From Clostridia bacterium (lineage in GTDB: Bacteria; Bacillota; Clostridia; Christensenellales; SZUA-584), in NCBI GenBank assembly GCA_018648645.1, contig JABGQS010000004.1:8976-72975 (forward strand): a stretch of DNA of 64,000 nucleotides, given 5' to 3'. The notes under the pieces were generated by a model that worked only from the letters and a program-made list of their open reading frames with translations, did no database searches and was not told where the DNA came from. Below are positions 21,249 through 30,105 of the stretch, piece after piece. A program made the position numbers and the translations under genes. Position 1 is the stretch's first letter. Each line of letters opens with the position of its first letter.

Positions 21249-22544
21249 CTACTTTTCCTCTTCTGTTTCTTCGACACCGGTATCCTCTGGCTCGGTAGTA
21301 TCTTTTGACTCGGCAGTATCTTCAGACTCGGCAGTATCTTCAACATCTTCCTGCGTCTGCTCATTCTCATCGGCAGGAATCTCTACATCCTGCTCCAACG
21401 CTTCATCATCTTGTACTTCATTATCGAACTCACCGTTTTCATCGAACATTTCGTCATAATCGTCGCCTTCATCCGCATCAGACATATCATCTTGGTTGTC
21501 AAACAGCGTTTCCTCGATTTGTGTTTGGCTCTTTATGTCTATCTTCCAGCCGGTCAGCTTTGCTGCGAGACGTACGTTTTGTCCTTCTCTTCCGATTGCC
21601 AACGAAAGCTGATAATCGGGCACGACAACTTTCGCTGCCTTCTCGTCCTCGTTGATTTGCACCATCAACACTTTGGCCGGGCGAAGCGAGTTCGCAATAA
21701 ACTCTATCGGGTCGCTGCTCCAAGGTATAACGTCAATTTTTTCGTTGCCAAGCTCGGAGACGACTCTATCAATCCGCGAGCCCTTTTGCCCGACGCAAGA
21801 ACCTACAGGATCCACGTTCTCGTCCTCAGACCAAACCGCGATTTTTGTACGTGAGCCTGCTTCGCGCGCGATGCTCTTTATTTGAACAATGTTCTGCATA
21901 ATTTCCGGTACTTCAATTTCGAACAGGCGCTTTAACAGCCCCGGATGTGTTCTCGAAACGACTATCTGCGGTCCTTTGGTTGTTTTGCGTACTTCCATGA
22001 CGTAAACTTTAATGTGGTCGTTTACATGACAGCGTTCGCTTTGCACGCACTCTGACGCCGGCATAACGCCTTCTGCGCCGTCCAGTTCCAACAATATGCT
22101 GCCTTTGTCTACGCGATGAATGACCGCGTTCATGATCTCTCCCTCGCGCTCAATGAACTTTTCAAAAACAACGCCGCGCTCTGCTTCGCGCAGTCTGTGC
22201 ACTACAACCTGTTTGGCTGTCTGAGCCGCTATCCTGCCGAACGAGCCGGGTTCAACTTCCATCTCGACAATGTCTTCCTGCTCGTATGCGATGTTGATCT
22301 TTTGCGCATCAGCGAGCGAAATTTCTTGCCGCTCATCCTCTACGTCATCTACAACAACCTTTTTTACAAACACTTTAAAAGAGCCATCATCACCGTTCAT
22401 TTCTACGCGAACGTCTTGGCTCACATTGTAATTTTTTTTGTATGCTGAAACGAGAGCATTCTCTACTGCGTCCAGCAGTACGCTCTTTTCAATACCTTTT
22501 TCTTTTTCTAACGCACTTAGTGCACTGATAAACTCAGTGTTCAT
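21249..22544 (-). CDS. nusA: Transcription termination/antitermination factor NusA
   Basis: 431 aa. NusA N-terminal, S1 and two KH regions (GSRIDRVVSELGNEKIDV, AIGREGQNVRLAAKLTGWKIDI), plus an acidic C-terminal tail of about 90 aa. Confidence 0.97.
   Translation of the reverse strand: MNTEFISALSALEKEKGIEKSVLLDAVENALVSAYKKNYNVSQDVRVEMNGDDGSFKVFVKKVVVDDVEDERQEISLADAQKINIAYEQEDIVEMEVEPGSFGRIAAQTAKQVVVHRLREAERGVVFEKFIEREGEIMNAVIHRVDKGSILLELDGAEGVMPASECVQSERCHVNDHIKVYVMEVRKTTKGPQIVVSRTHPGLLKRLFEIEVPEIMQNIVQIKSIAREAGSRTKIAVWSEDENVDPVGSCVGQKGSRIDRVVSELGNEKIDVIPWSSDPIEFIANSLRPAKVLMVQINEDEKAAKVVVPDYQLSLAIGREGQNVRLAAKLTGWKIDIKSQTQIEETLFDNQDDMSDADEGDDYDEMFDENGEFDNEVQDDEALEQDVEIPADENEQTQEDVEDTAESEDTAESKDTTEPEDTGVEETEEEK
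21291..21344 (-). repeat. In-frame 18-nt tandem repeat (3 copies) in the acidic tail of nusA
   Basis: Copies are ctcggtagtatcttttga, ctcggcagtatcttcaga and ctcggcagtatcttcaac. They encode EDTAESEDTAESKDTTEP. Confidence 0.75.
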
Positions 22545-22560
22545 TTACGCACCTCCATTT

Positions 22561-23019
22561 TTATATCTCTATATGTAATCGTACTATTGCTGTGTCTTTG
22601 TATGAAAATTCTTTTTCAGTATTCTCAATTTGTAGCACAAAACCATCATCATCAAATCTTAACAATTGACCTGTAGCTGATTTGCTTCCATCAACGGCGC
22701 GGTACAGCTTAACGTCAATCTGCTTGCCAATACTTCTTTCGTAGTCGGCCTGCTTCCTAAGCGGTCGGTCGAGCCCCGGAGAAGAAACGCATAAATAATA
22801 CCCTTCCTCTATTGGGTCGGCATCCTCTATTAGTGGATCAATCACACGACTGATTTTCTCACAGTCCTGCAGATCCAGTCCACCTTTCTTATCTACATAT
22901 ATAATCAGCTCGAACTCATCTGCGACTTTCTTAACTTCGGTATCGACATACTCGTACCCAAGCTCAGTAATTATTGGTAAGACGATGCGCTCTACAGCTG
23001 ATTCGATTCTTTTTGACAT
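22561..23019 (-). CDS. rimP: Ribosome maturation factor RimP
   Basis: 152 aa. RimP family; first gene of the rimP-nusA-infB operon. Confidence 0.92.
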   Translation of the reverse strand: MSKRIESAVERIVLPIITELGYEYVDTEVKKVADEFELIIYVDKKGGLDLQDCEKISRVIDPLIEDADPIEEGYYLCVSSPGLDRPLRKQADYERSIGKQIDVKLYRAVDGSKSATGQLLRFDDDGFVLQIENTEKEFSYKDTAIVRLHIEI

Positions 23020-23041
23020 TCAAAAAACTCCTGCCATACAA

Positions 23042-23067
23042 GTCAAAAGAGCGGGAAAACCCACTCT
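23042..23067 (-). terminator. Terminator-like hairpin in the rimP-nusA leader (candidate attenuator)
   Basis: The minus-strand RNA AGAGUGGG-UUUU-CCCGCUCU forms an 8-bp stem and is followed by UUUUGAC. It lies between the predicted promoter and the rimP RBS. Confidence 0.5.
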
Positions 23068-23095
23068 TCTCAATCAAAACACTTTCTGCTACAGA

Positions 23096-23124
23096 ATAAT
23101 AACATATCGTATAAAAAAGTGCAA
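23096..23124 (-). promoter_or_regulatory. Candidate sigma-A promoter of rimP-nusA-infB operon
   Basis: On the minus strand, TTGCAC-N17-TATTAT. Confidence 0.5.
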
Positions 23125-23158
23125 GTATTCAGGAGATTTTGTCAATAGAATAGATGCT

Positions 23159-24892
23159 TTAGCTAATTGTGGCCAGCGGCAGAGTTATTGTAAACTTAGT
23201 GCCGACTCCAAGCTTGCTCTCAACATCAATCTCACCGTTTTGAATATTAACAATATGATTAACGATAGAGAGCCCTAGACCAGTACCTCCTAGTGCGCGC
23301 GTTCTGCTTTTATCGACACGATAGAAGCGTTCAAAAAGTCTTGGTATGTCTTCCTTGCCGATTCCAATACCGGTGTCCTCAATCGTGATAATAGCTTTGT
23401 TATCTTTCTTAGTGAGACTGACAATGATTTTACCATTTTCCTTGTTATACTTTATCGCGTTACTTAATAAATTAATCATCATTTGATCAATACGGCTAAT
23501 TTTTGTAACAACCAAAACTTCTTCGCTCGGAACCGAAATAGTAATATCTATGTTCTTTTTGTCTGCCTCGATCTTAAGTAATTTGACACTGCTTTCGACT
23601 TCAAATCTAATATCCAATGTGCTGCTAGCAACAAAAGATTCTTGCTCTAACTTTGATAAAACCAGTATTTCATCTATCAGCTTTGACAGCCTGCTAGACT
23701 CCTGAGCAATTATATCAAGAAAGCGGTACGCATCATCTTTTGGGACTTTCTCAGTTCGCAGCGTTTCTATAAAACCGCTGATTACAGTTAGCGGGGTTAG
23801 AAGCTCATGAGAAACATTTGCTATAAATACTGTCTGCATGTTTTCAAGTCTACGTATTTGTGTAATATCCTCGGCCAAAATAATGACACCGTATAGAACA
23901 CCTTCGTTATGAACCGGTACTGCGTACACTCGTAATAGTATATTTTTCGATTTGCCTTCTATGGTTATCTCGTCACGAACCACGCCGCTTGCAAACATCG
24001 CTTTTCTAACAATAGATTTTAGTCCGGCATACTTTTGCATATCCAACGTCTTATCGTTCTTGCCTCTTTCCCTAAACAAAAACATCTCTATAGCAGCAGG
24101 ATTTGCCAAGGTAACAAACTCGTCAACGTCAAAAGTCAAAACACCCCCGGGTATTGCTTCAAGCACTGCATTTAATTGTGAGTTCTTCTCCGCCAGATCC
24201 TTGATATTGCTATTTTGCTTTGATACCATGTTCTTAATTGCGAGCGATAATGACTGAAATTCGTCACCTGTATAGTCAAGTGCAATGTCATTAGTATCAC
24301 CGGTCGAAACTCGCATTGCGTCATTCGTCAGCTTAATAATCGGATTTGTTATGCTTCGAGATACGAAAAGAGCTACAACCAAACACATTAATACCGCAAA
24401 AATAATTATAATGAAAAAGGGCAGCAGCACACTCATCGCAAGGAATTGAAAGCCACGCATGTGGGCGGAAGTTCTGATGATATAATCTTTTGTGGAGAGA
24501 ACTGCAACGTACATTCTTGCTTCTTGCATCGGCTCTACAAAACGTGTGTTAGTGCCATTGCCGAGCTCGATTGCATCAATAATTTCTGGCTTTGAAAGAA
24601 AATCAAGTTTTTCGACAGGGTAACCCTCCGTATTAATAATAACGGATCCGGACAAGTCGATAATTGTGAAACGCAAATCACCACTTGAGTCTATATAGTC
24701 TGTTAAACTTGCTAAATCATCAGAGCTTTGGATGAGACGACTTATCATTTTTGTTTCTCTTGTCAGATTATCCTCTGTATCCTGTCTGTATACATAGTTA
24801 AAATGAAACACTGCACCTGTAGCAGCAACAATTAAAATACACAAGAATAAAATGGTTATTTTAAATGCAATTTTCTTATATATACTATTCAT
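23159..24892 (-). CDS. Two-component sensor histidine kinase (PhoR/WalK-like architecture)
   Basis: H-box SHELLTPLT; N/G boxes LLSNAIKYN, DTGIGI, GGTGLGLSIV. There are two TM helices flanking a periplasmic-type loop, then a linker/PAS-like region. The ATG at 24892 (MNSIYKK) overlaps the regulator stop by 8 nt; the ORF-track start at 24928 is less likely. Confidence 0.9.
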   Translation of the reverse strand: MNSIYKKIAFKITILFLCILIVAATGAVFHFNYVYRQDTEDNLTRETKMISRLIQSSDDLASLTDYIDSSGDLRFTIIDLSGSVIINTEGYPVEKLDFLSKPEIIDAIELGNGTNTRFVEPMQEARMYVAVLSTKDYIIRTSAHMRGFQFLAMSVLLPFFIIIIFAVLMCLVVALFVSRSITNPIIKLTNDAMRVSTGDTNDIALDYTGDEFQSLSLAIKNMVSKQNSNIKDLAEKNSQLNAVLEAIPGGVLTFDVDEFVTLANPAAIEMFLFRERGKNDKTLDMQKYAGLKSIVRKAMFASGVVRDEITIEGKSKNILLRVYAVPVHNEGVLYGVIILAEDITQIRRLENMQTVFIANVSHELLTPLTVISGFIETLRTEKVPKDDAYRFLDIIAQESSRLSKLIDEILVLSKLEQESFVASSTLDIRFEVESSVKLLKIEADKKNIDITISVPSEEVLVVTKISRIDQMMINLLSNAIKYNKENGKIIVSLTKKDNKAIITIEDTGIGIGKEDIPRLFERFYRVDKSRTRALGGTGLGLSIVNHIVNIQNGEIDVESKLGVGTKFTITLPLATIS

Positions 24893-25571
24893 CTTTGAAC
24901 CTATAGCCCACACCGCGTATGGTTTCAATGTTGTTGCCGTAGTCTTTTATTTTGCGGCGAATATTTGTAATGTGAACGTCAACTGTACGCGTTCCGCCGT
25001 AATACTTATAGCCCCAAACCTTATTTAATATGGCATCCCGTGTTAAAACTTTTTCTTTGTTGGATAGCAGCATTCTTAGCAACTCGAACTCTTTAAGAGT
25101 CATTTTTATTTCGATTTCCTCTATGAACACCTTGTAATTCCTGTTGTCGATTATTAAATCCTCATGTGCAATGTCTGTCATTGTTAGGTGCGCGTCCACA
25201 GCTGTCCTTCGCAAGTTGGCCTTTATTCTTGCAGAAAGCTCTCGCACGCCGAAAGGTTTCGTAATATAGTCATCTGCGCCAAGTTCAAGTCCGACAATTT
25301 TGTCAATCTCTTCAGATTTTGCAGTCACAATAATAACAGGAATGTCTCCGAACTCATGCATAAGGCGAATCTTCTTTAAAACTGCAAGACCGTCTATACC
25401 GGGCAGCATTTGGTCAAGTAATATTATATCCGGTTTTTCGGCAACCAACAGCTCAATAGCCTTTTCACCGGTGTCCGCAAGAATAACTTCATAGCCGTCA
25501 TGCTTTAAATTGTAGTCTAGCAGCTCGAGAATGTTAGGTTCGTCGTCTACAACCAATACTTTTTTATTCAC
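24885..25571 (-). CDS. OmpR/PhoB-family response regulator
   Basis: REC domain (KVLVVDDEPNI, ILLDQMLPGIDG) plus a winged helix (TVDVHITNIRRKI, RGVGYRF). GTG start at 25571, 6 nt after AAGGAG; the ORF-track start at 25628 is an extension into pgeF. Confidence 0.93.
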   Translation of the reverse strand: MNKKVLVVDDEPNILELLDYNLKHDGYEVILADTGEKAIELLVAEKPDIILLDQMLPGIDGLAVLKKIRLMHEFGDIPVIIVTAKSEEIDKIVGLELGADDYITKPFGVRELSARIKANLRRTAVDAHLTMTDIAHEDLIIDNRNYKVFIEEIEIKMTLKEFELLRMLLSNKEKVLTRDAILNKVWGYKYYGGTRTVDVHITNIRRKIKDYGNNIETIRGVGYRFKDE

Positions 25572-26400
25572 AATTAGCTCCTTGCTGATTAATTTGAATA
25601 ACTGCGGCCATTGCACCTGTTTCGCCATTGTCTCTTCGGTGTGAAAAGAAGAGGCGTCGGTGCTCGTATGTACACAAATCTGACAAAGTTATGTTGCCGC
25701 TTGGAATCCCGGCTTCCAGCATATCAATCACACATGCCTTTGGTAAATCCAGATACGTCTTTGAACCCCGATACTGCAAAACATCTGCGCCAAACGTGGT
25801 CTCAAACACGCCGGACACATCTTGCTGCACTTCGAAATGAGCTGCGCTGATGCATGGACCGACAGCGCAAAGGATGTTTTTGGCAGCGCTGCCGAGGTTC
25901 TCGAGCACGGTAATCGCTTCCTTAATAATGTGCAATGAGACACCCTTCCATCCTGCGTGACAAATTGCTGCAGCTTTGCGCACAGGGTCATAAAAAAACA
26001 AAGGAGCGCAATCGGCATGGTACGTAATAAGCGGAAGCGCAGTTTCGTCTGTGTAAAGTCCGTCACAAAAAACAGGCAGATCGTCTTGTGTTATGCCGCT
26101 TCCAGAGTCGGACCATCTAGCTTGATATAACGAAGCACCATGCTCATACTTGTTTGCTATAGCGCTCTTATACTCAAACCTCGCAGAGGCACCGAAACGT
26201 TGCATGTTCTTTAGAAAGTTATCTTTGTTTTGCTCTCTTGCTTGACTGAAGTTTAAAGTGTTGTATGGTCGCGGGCTTACACCGCCGACTCGGCTTGCCA
26301 TAGCGCACGTTACACTACCGGCACGCTGAAACGAAGGTATAGTAAAAAACCTGACGCCCCTTTTTTTCCATAGCGTAAAACCGTGGTTGATTTCACTCAT
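25564..26400 (-). CDS. pgeF: Peptidoglycan editing factor PgeF (YfiH/DUF152, laccase-domain family)
   Basis: 278 aa with HADCAPLFFYD and CHAGWKG motifs. Confidence 0.88.
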   Translation of the reverse strand: MSEINHGFTLWKKRGVRFFTIPSFQRAGSVTCAMASRVGGVSPRPYNTLNFSQAREQNKDNFLKNMQRFGASARFEYKSAIANKYEHGASLYQARWSDSGSGITQDDLPVFCDGLYTDETALPLITYHADCAPLFFYDPVRKAAAICHAGWKGVSLHIIKEAITVLENLGSAAKNILCAVGPCISAAHFEVQQDVSGVFETTFGADVLQYRGSKTYLDLPKACVIDMLEAGIPSGNITLSDLCTYEHRRLFFSHRRDNGETGAMAAVIQINQQGANCE

Positions 26401-26856
26401 TTATTTTTCTTCCAAAATGTTTAGCAGTTCTTTCATGAAGGTGTCGACATCCTTAAAGTCCTTGTATACTGACGCGAAACGTACATATGCAACGTCGTCC
26501 AAGTCCTTAAGACCTTTCATGACAAGCTCGCCAATCTCATTTGATGTGATTTCCTGCCGCAATGAGTTGAATATCGACTTTTCAATCGAATCAACAAGGG
26601 CTTCTATCTCGTGTATTGATACCGGCCGCTTTTCACATGCCTTGATTAGCCCAAACTTGATTTTGTCCGAGTTGTACGGAACTCTTTCTCCGTCCTTTTT
26701 GACAACAAGCAAAGGTAAACTGTCAAATTTCTCGTACGTCGTAAATCTCTTTTTGCATACAAGACATTCTCTGCGTCTGCGAATCGAGCTTCCTTCGTCA
26801 GTTGGTCTCGAGTCGACTACTTTGCTGTCCAGATGACCACAATAAACACATTTCAT
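26401..26856 (-). CDS. nrdR: Transcriptional repressor NrdR
   Basis: 151 aa. Zinc ribbon [20 protein letters not shown] plus an ATP-cone. Confidence 0.96.
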   Translation of the reverse strand: MKCVYCGHLDSKVVDSRPTDEGSSIRRRRECLVCKKRFTTYEKFDSLPLLVVKKDGERVPYNSDKIKFGLIKACEKRPVSIHEIEALVDSIEKSIFNSLRQEITSNEIGELVMKGLKDLDDVAYVRFASVYKDFKDVDTFMKELLNILEEK

Positions 26857-26879
26857 AACATGCCCCTTATTATTTTATG

Positions 26880-26912
26880 TTTCTATTATAACATAGAAAT
26901 TATGAAATACAA
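26880..26912 (-). promoter_or_regulatory. nrdR promoter (TTGTAT-N16-TGtTATAAT) with a 7-bp inverted repeat bracketing the -10
   Basis: The minus strand reads TTGTAT..ATGTTATAAT, an extended -10. TTTCTAT-N6-ATAGAAA (26880-26899) encloses the TATAAT. Confidence 0.55.
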
Positions 26913-27012
26913 TTTATTCCTAATAAATATATACGCTAAAAACAAGCTTTATTGATAAAACAGCTAATTTTTATAGCTTTCAATAAGTGTATGTGCTATT
27001 TCATGAAGTCGA

Positions 27013-27894
27013 TTACTTTTCTCGTGAAAGCAGAACTTGTGCCAAAGCGCTAAGTTCACCAGCTTTGCTGCCAAAGACGGACAGTGCCGCAATTGCCTGT
27101 TGCGTTTTGTCTGCTGCAAGACGTTTTGATTCCTCAATTCCGTGCTGAGATACGTAAGTTTGCTTGTCGGCTTCGCTGTCCTTGTGCAAAGTTTTGCCAA
27201 CTTTGAGTTGGTCGCCCTGCACGTCCAGTATGTCGTCTACAATCTGGAACACCAGCCCAATGCATTCACCGTACTCAGATAGAGAATCAATCTGCAGAGC
27301 GCTTGCACCAAACAACACCGCGCCGGATAAAACAGAAGCGCGGATCATGGCCGCTGTTTTGCGTTTGTGTATGTATTCGAGAACGACATAGTCTTTCTCC
27401 TTGCCTTCGAATGCGATGTCGGCAACCTGCCCCGCTATCATTCCGTTTACGCCTGACGCATTTGCGATGATTTGCATGGCAGAAAGATAGTTATTTAGGT
27501 TGTCTTTGTTGCAAAGAGCATCGCCAATCATAACCTCGAATGCGAGGTTCAGCAGTCCGTCTCCGGCGAGGATGGCATTTGCTTCACCAAAGACAACGTG
27601 GCTGGTAGGTTTGCCGCGGCGAAGAGTGTCGTTGTCCATGGCAGGCAAATCATCGTGAATCAACGAATATGTGTGTATCATCTCGAGCGCGCAGGCGAAG
27701 TCAATTGCCTTGTGTTGGTCACCGAAAAGTGCTGCAGACATCAAACATAGTGACGGGCGCAGACGTTTGCCGCCTGCCATCAAGCTGTAGCTCATCGCTT
27801 CTTTAAGCTCGCCGTCCGCGCATCGCTCATCTAGCAGCACAAGCAAACGTGTATTAATTAAATTGCTATGCTCCTTTAGCCGTTCTTCAATCAC
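27013..27894 (-). CDS. ispA: Farnesyl-diphosphate (polyprenyl) synthase
   Basis: 293 aa. First Asp-rich motif LIHDDLPAMDND; second Asp-rich motif FQIVDDILD. Confidence 0.92.
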   Translation of the reverse strand: MIEERLKEHSNLINTRLLVLLDERCADGELKEAMSYSLMAGGKRLRPSLCLMSAALFGDQHKAIDFACALEMIHTYSLIHDDLPAMDNDTLRRGKPTSHVVFGEANAILAGDGLLNLAFEVMIGDALCNKDNLNNYLSAMQIIANASGVNGMIAGQVADIAFEGKEKDYVVLEYIHKRKTAAMIRASVLSGAVLFGASALQIDSLSEYGECIGLVFQIVDDILDVQGDQLKVGKTLHKDSEADKQTYVSQHGIEESKRLAADKTQQAIAALSVFGSKAGELSALAQVLLSREK

Positions 27895-28088
27895 TTCTCG
27901 CTCTCCTCTATATCAAGTATCTCGATTTTCGATTTATAGGTGTCGAGTTTTTTCTCGAGCTCGTCAGCCAGCTTAACTCCCTGCTCGTACAGCTCCATGC
28001 TTTTTTCTATGCCTTCGCTGCCAGATTGAAGCTTGCCTGATATTTGCTCCAGTTTTTTTAAATCGCTTTCAAATGTAGCCATAATCAA
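27891..28088 (-). CDS. xseB: Exodeoxyribonuclease VII small subunit
   Basis: 65 aa helical protein. 4-nt overlaps with both xseA and ispA; conserved order. Confidence 0.9.
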   Translation of the reverse strand: MIMATFESDLKKLEQISGKLQSGSEGIEKSMELYEQGVKLADELEKKLDTYKSKIEILDIEESEK

Positions 28089-29272
28089 TCCTTCCTGGTT
28101 ACCGCAACTCTGCCGTCATTAAACTCGATGTCCATGTTCTGCTGGTTTCCTTTGGCAGAAGTTATTATACTGCCGTTTTCGTCATAGACGAGCGCATAAC
28201 CTCTATTTAACACTCCTTTTGGGTTTAGATCAGTGAGACTGTTTGACAACTTGTCTAGTGTTAGGTTAAATTTTTCTATTGAAGAAGTAAGGTACAATTT
28301 CATCATACTTTTCTGCGAAGTAATTTTCTGCGAAACCCCGGAGATTTTTATGTTGAACGGATACGATTTCACGTTACCTTGAAGAAGCTTAAGTGCGCTG
28401 TCACTCGTATCAATCATAGTTTTAAGCGTGGTGAAAAGTTGCTTCTTGTAATCCTGCACGTATTGCAGTACAGCGCTTTTGTCAGACACAACAAGCTCTG
28501 CCGCGGCAGAAGGCGTTGGCGCACGCAGATCCGCTGCCATGTCGCAGAGCGAGAAGTCGGTTTCGTGCCCTACTGCCGAAACGATAGGGATTTGCGAGTC
28601 AAATACGGCTCTGGCTACGATTTCTTCATTGAACACAAACAGGTCTTCGAACGAGCCGCCGCCGCGTCCGACGATGATTACGTCTACGTCGCCCTTTTCA
28701 TTGAAATAGTCGATACCGGCGCAAATTTGTGTTGCTGCACCTGCGCCTTGCACCTTGGACGGATAAACGCTGATGTGGACGCCGTCGAACCGTCGTGTTG
28801 ACACGTTGATGATATCATGAACAGCGGCACCTGCCGCAGAAGTTACCACACCTATATGAAGCGGAAACTGCGGAATCGGCTTTTTGTGTATCGCGTCAAA
28901 AATGCCTTCTTCAATCAGCTTAGCTTTGGTCTGCTCGAACTTCACATACAAATCACCTTTGCCCTGCGGCTCTGCAAGCGATACCGCCAACTGTATGCTG
29001 CCGCTTTTTTTAAAGTATGTGACTTTTCCCTTTGCTTCTATCAGCTCTCCGTCTTTAACGGCTTCCGTGTTTTCGTTGCTGTGATAATCGTATACGATGC
29101 AGCTGAGCATACCGCTGTCGTCCTTTAGCGAGAAAAATGCATGACCGGTCGACGACATGCTGAAGTTGGTCACTTCGCCCATCACCAACACGTTGCTTAG
29201 GAATAAGTCGGTGTATAATTTTTTGCTTATGTACTCATTGATTTGTGATACGCTGAATACAATATCAGCCAT
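28085..29272 (-). CDS. xseA: Exodeoxyribonuclease VII large subunit
   Basis: 395 aa. N-terminal OB fold (VMGEVTNFS), catalytic region VGRGGGSFEDL and SAVGHETD. Confidence 0.94.
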   Translation of the reverse strand: MADIVFSVSQINEYISKKLYTDLFLSNVLVMGEVTNFSMSSTGHAFFSLKDDSGMLSCIVYDYHSNENTEAVKDGELIEAKGKVTYFKKSGSIQLAVSLAEPQGKGDLYVKFEQTKAKLIEEGIFDAIHKKPIPQFPLHIGVVTSAAGAAVHDIINVSTRRFDGVHISVYPSKVQGAGAATQICAGIDYFNEKGDVDVIIVGRGGGSFEDLFVFNEEIVARAVFDSQIPIVSAVGHETDFSLCDMAADLRAPTPSAAAELVVSDKSAVLQYVQDYKKQLFTTLKTMIDTSDSALKLLQGNVKSYPFNIKISGVSQKITSQKSMMKLYLTSSIEKFNLTLDKLSNSLTDLNPKGVLNRGYALVYDENGSIITSAKGNQQNMDIEFNDGRVAVTRKD

Positions 29273-30104
29273 GTATTTTCGCCGCCTCCACAGTATTTTC
29301 GAGCAGCATTGTGATAGTCATAGGACCAACGCCGCCCGGCACAGGAGTAATGAACGCAGCCTTCTTCTCGGCTTCACTGAACAGCACATCGCCTTTCAGC
29401 TTTCCGTCTACTCTGCTTGTGCCTACGTCAATTACGATAGCGCCTTGCTTTACATACTCGCCTGTAATCATCTCGGGGCGACCGATTGCCGCAACGAGGA
29501 TGTCTGCACCTGCGCATACTTTGGCGAGGTCTCTAGTGCGCGAGTGGCACATAGTGACCGTCGCGTTTTGCTCCATCAGCAGCATGGATACGGGTTTGCC
29601 GACGATGTTGCTTCGCCCGACAACTACTGCGGTTTTGCCCGTTATATCTATGCCGGTGCTTTTAATCAGCGTGATTATTCCTTTTGCTGTGCAAGCGACA
29701 AAGCCTTTTTCGCCAACGAACAGTTTGCCAGCGTTGATGACGTGGAAACCGTCTACGTCTTTGTCGGGGTTGATTGCGCGAAGTATTGCCATTTCGTCGA
29801 TATGATTCGGAAGCGGAAGCTGTACTAAAATGCCGTGTATTTTGTCGTCGGTGTTGAGACGCTCGACAAGCGATAGAAGCGTTTCCTGTGTGGTTGCCGC
29901 GTCCAGCCTGTGCACTTCTGAGTAGAGTCCTGTATCTGTGCATGCTTGCTCTTTATAGCGAACGTATATGGCTGATGCGGGGTCATCACCGACAAGCACA
30001 ACGGCTAATCCGGGCGTAATGCCCTCTTCTTTTAACTTTGCTACTTTCTCGGTTAATCCCAGTCTGATTTGACCTGATATTGCTTTTCCATCAATTATGC
30101 TCAC
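29265..30104 (-). CDS. folD: Bifunctional methylenetetrahydrofolate dehydrogenase / methenyltetrahydrofolate cyclohydrolase
   Basis: VSIIDGKAISGQIR start (GTG 30104) 6 nt after AAGGGAG; the ORF-track start at 30164 is a GTG extension. Motifs VGRSNIVGKP and PVPGGVGPMT. Confidence 0.95.
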   Translation of the reverse strand: MSIIDGKAISGQIRLGLTEKVAKLKEEGITPGLAVVLVGDDPASAIYVRYKEQACTDTGLYSEVHRLDAATTQETLLSLVERLNTDDKIHGILVQLPLPNHIDEMAILRAINPDKDVDGFHVINAGKLFVGEKGFVACTAKGIITLIKSTGIDITGKTAVVVGRSNIVGKPVSMLLMEQNATVTMCHSRTRDLAKVCAGADILVAAIGRPEMITGEYVKQGAIVIDVGTSRVDGKLKGDVLFSEAEKKAAFITPVPGGVGPMTITMLLENTVEAAKIHG

Positions 30105-30105
30105 G

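Noticed and set aside
20631-21459. Two plus-strand ORFs (155 and 162 aa) spanning ylxQ, ylxR and the nusA 3' end
   Set aside because: They are antisense to three tightly coupled conserved genes. The Ser-rich low-complexity translation simply mirrors the acidic nusA tail on the other strand.
29157-29828. 223-aa and 164-aa plus-strand ORFs across the xseA-folD junction
   Set aside because: They are antisense to two confidently identified genes, with no RBS. Rejected as shadow ORFs.
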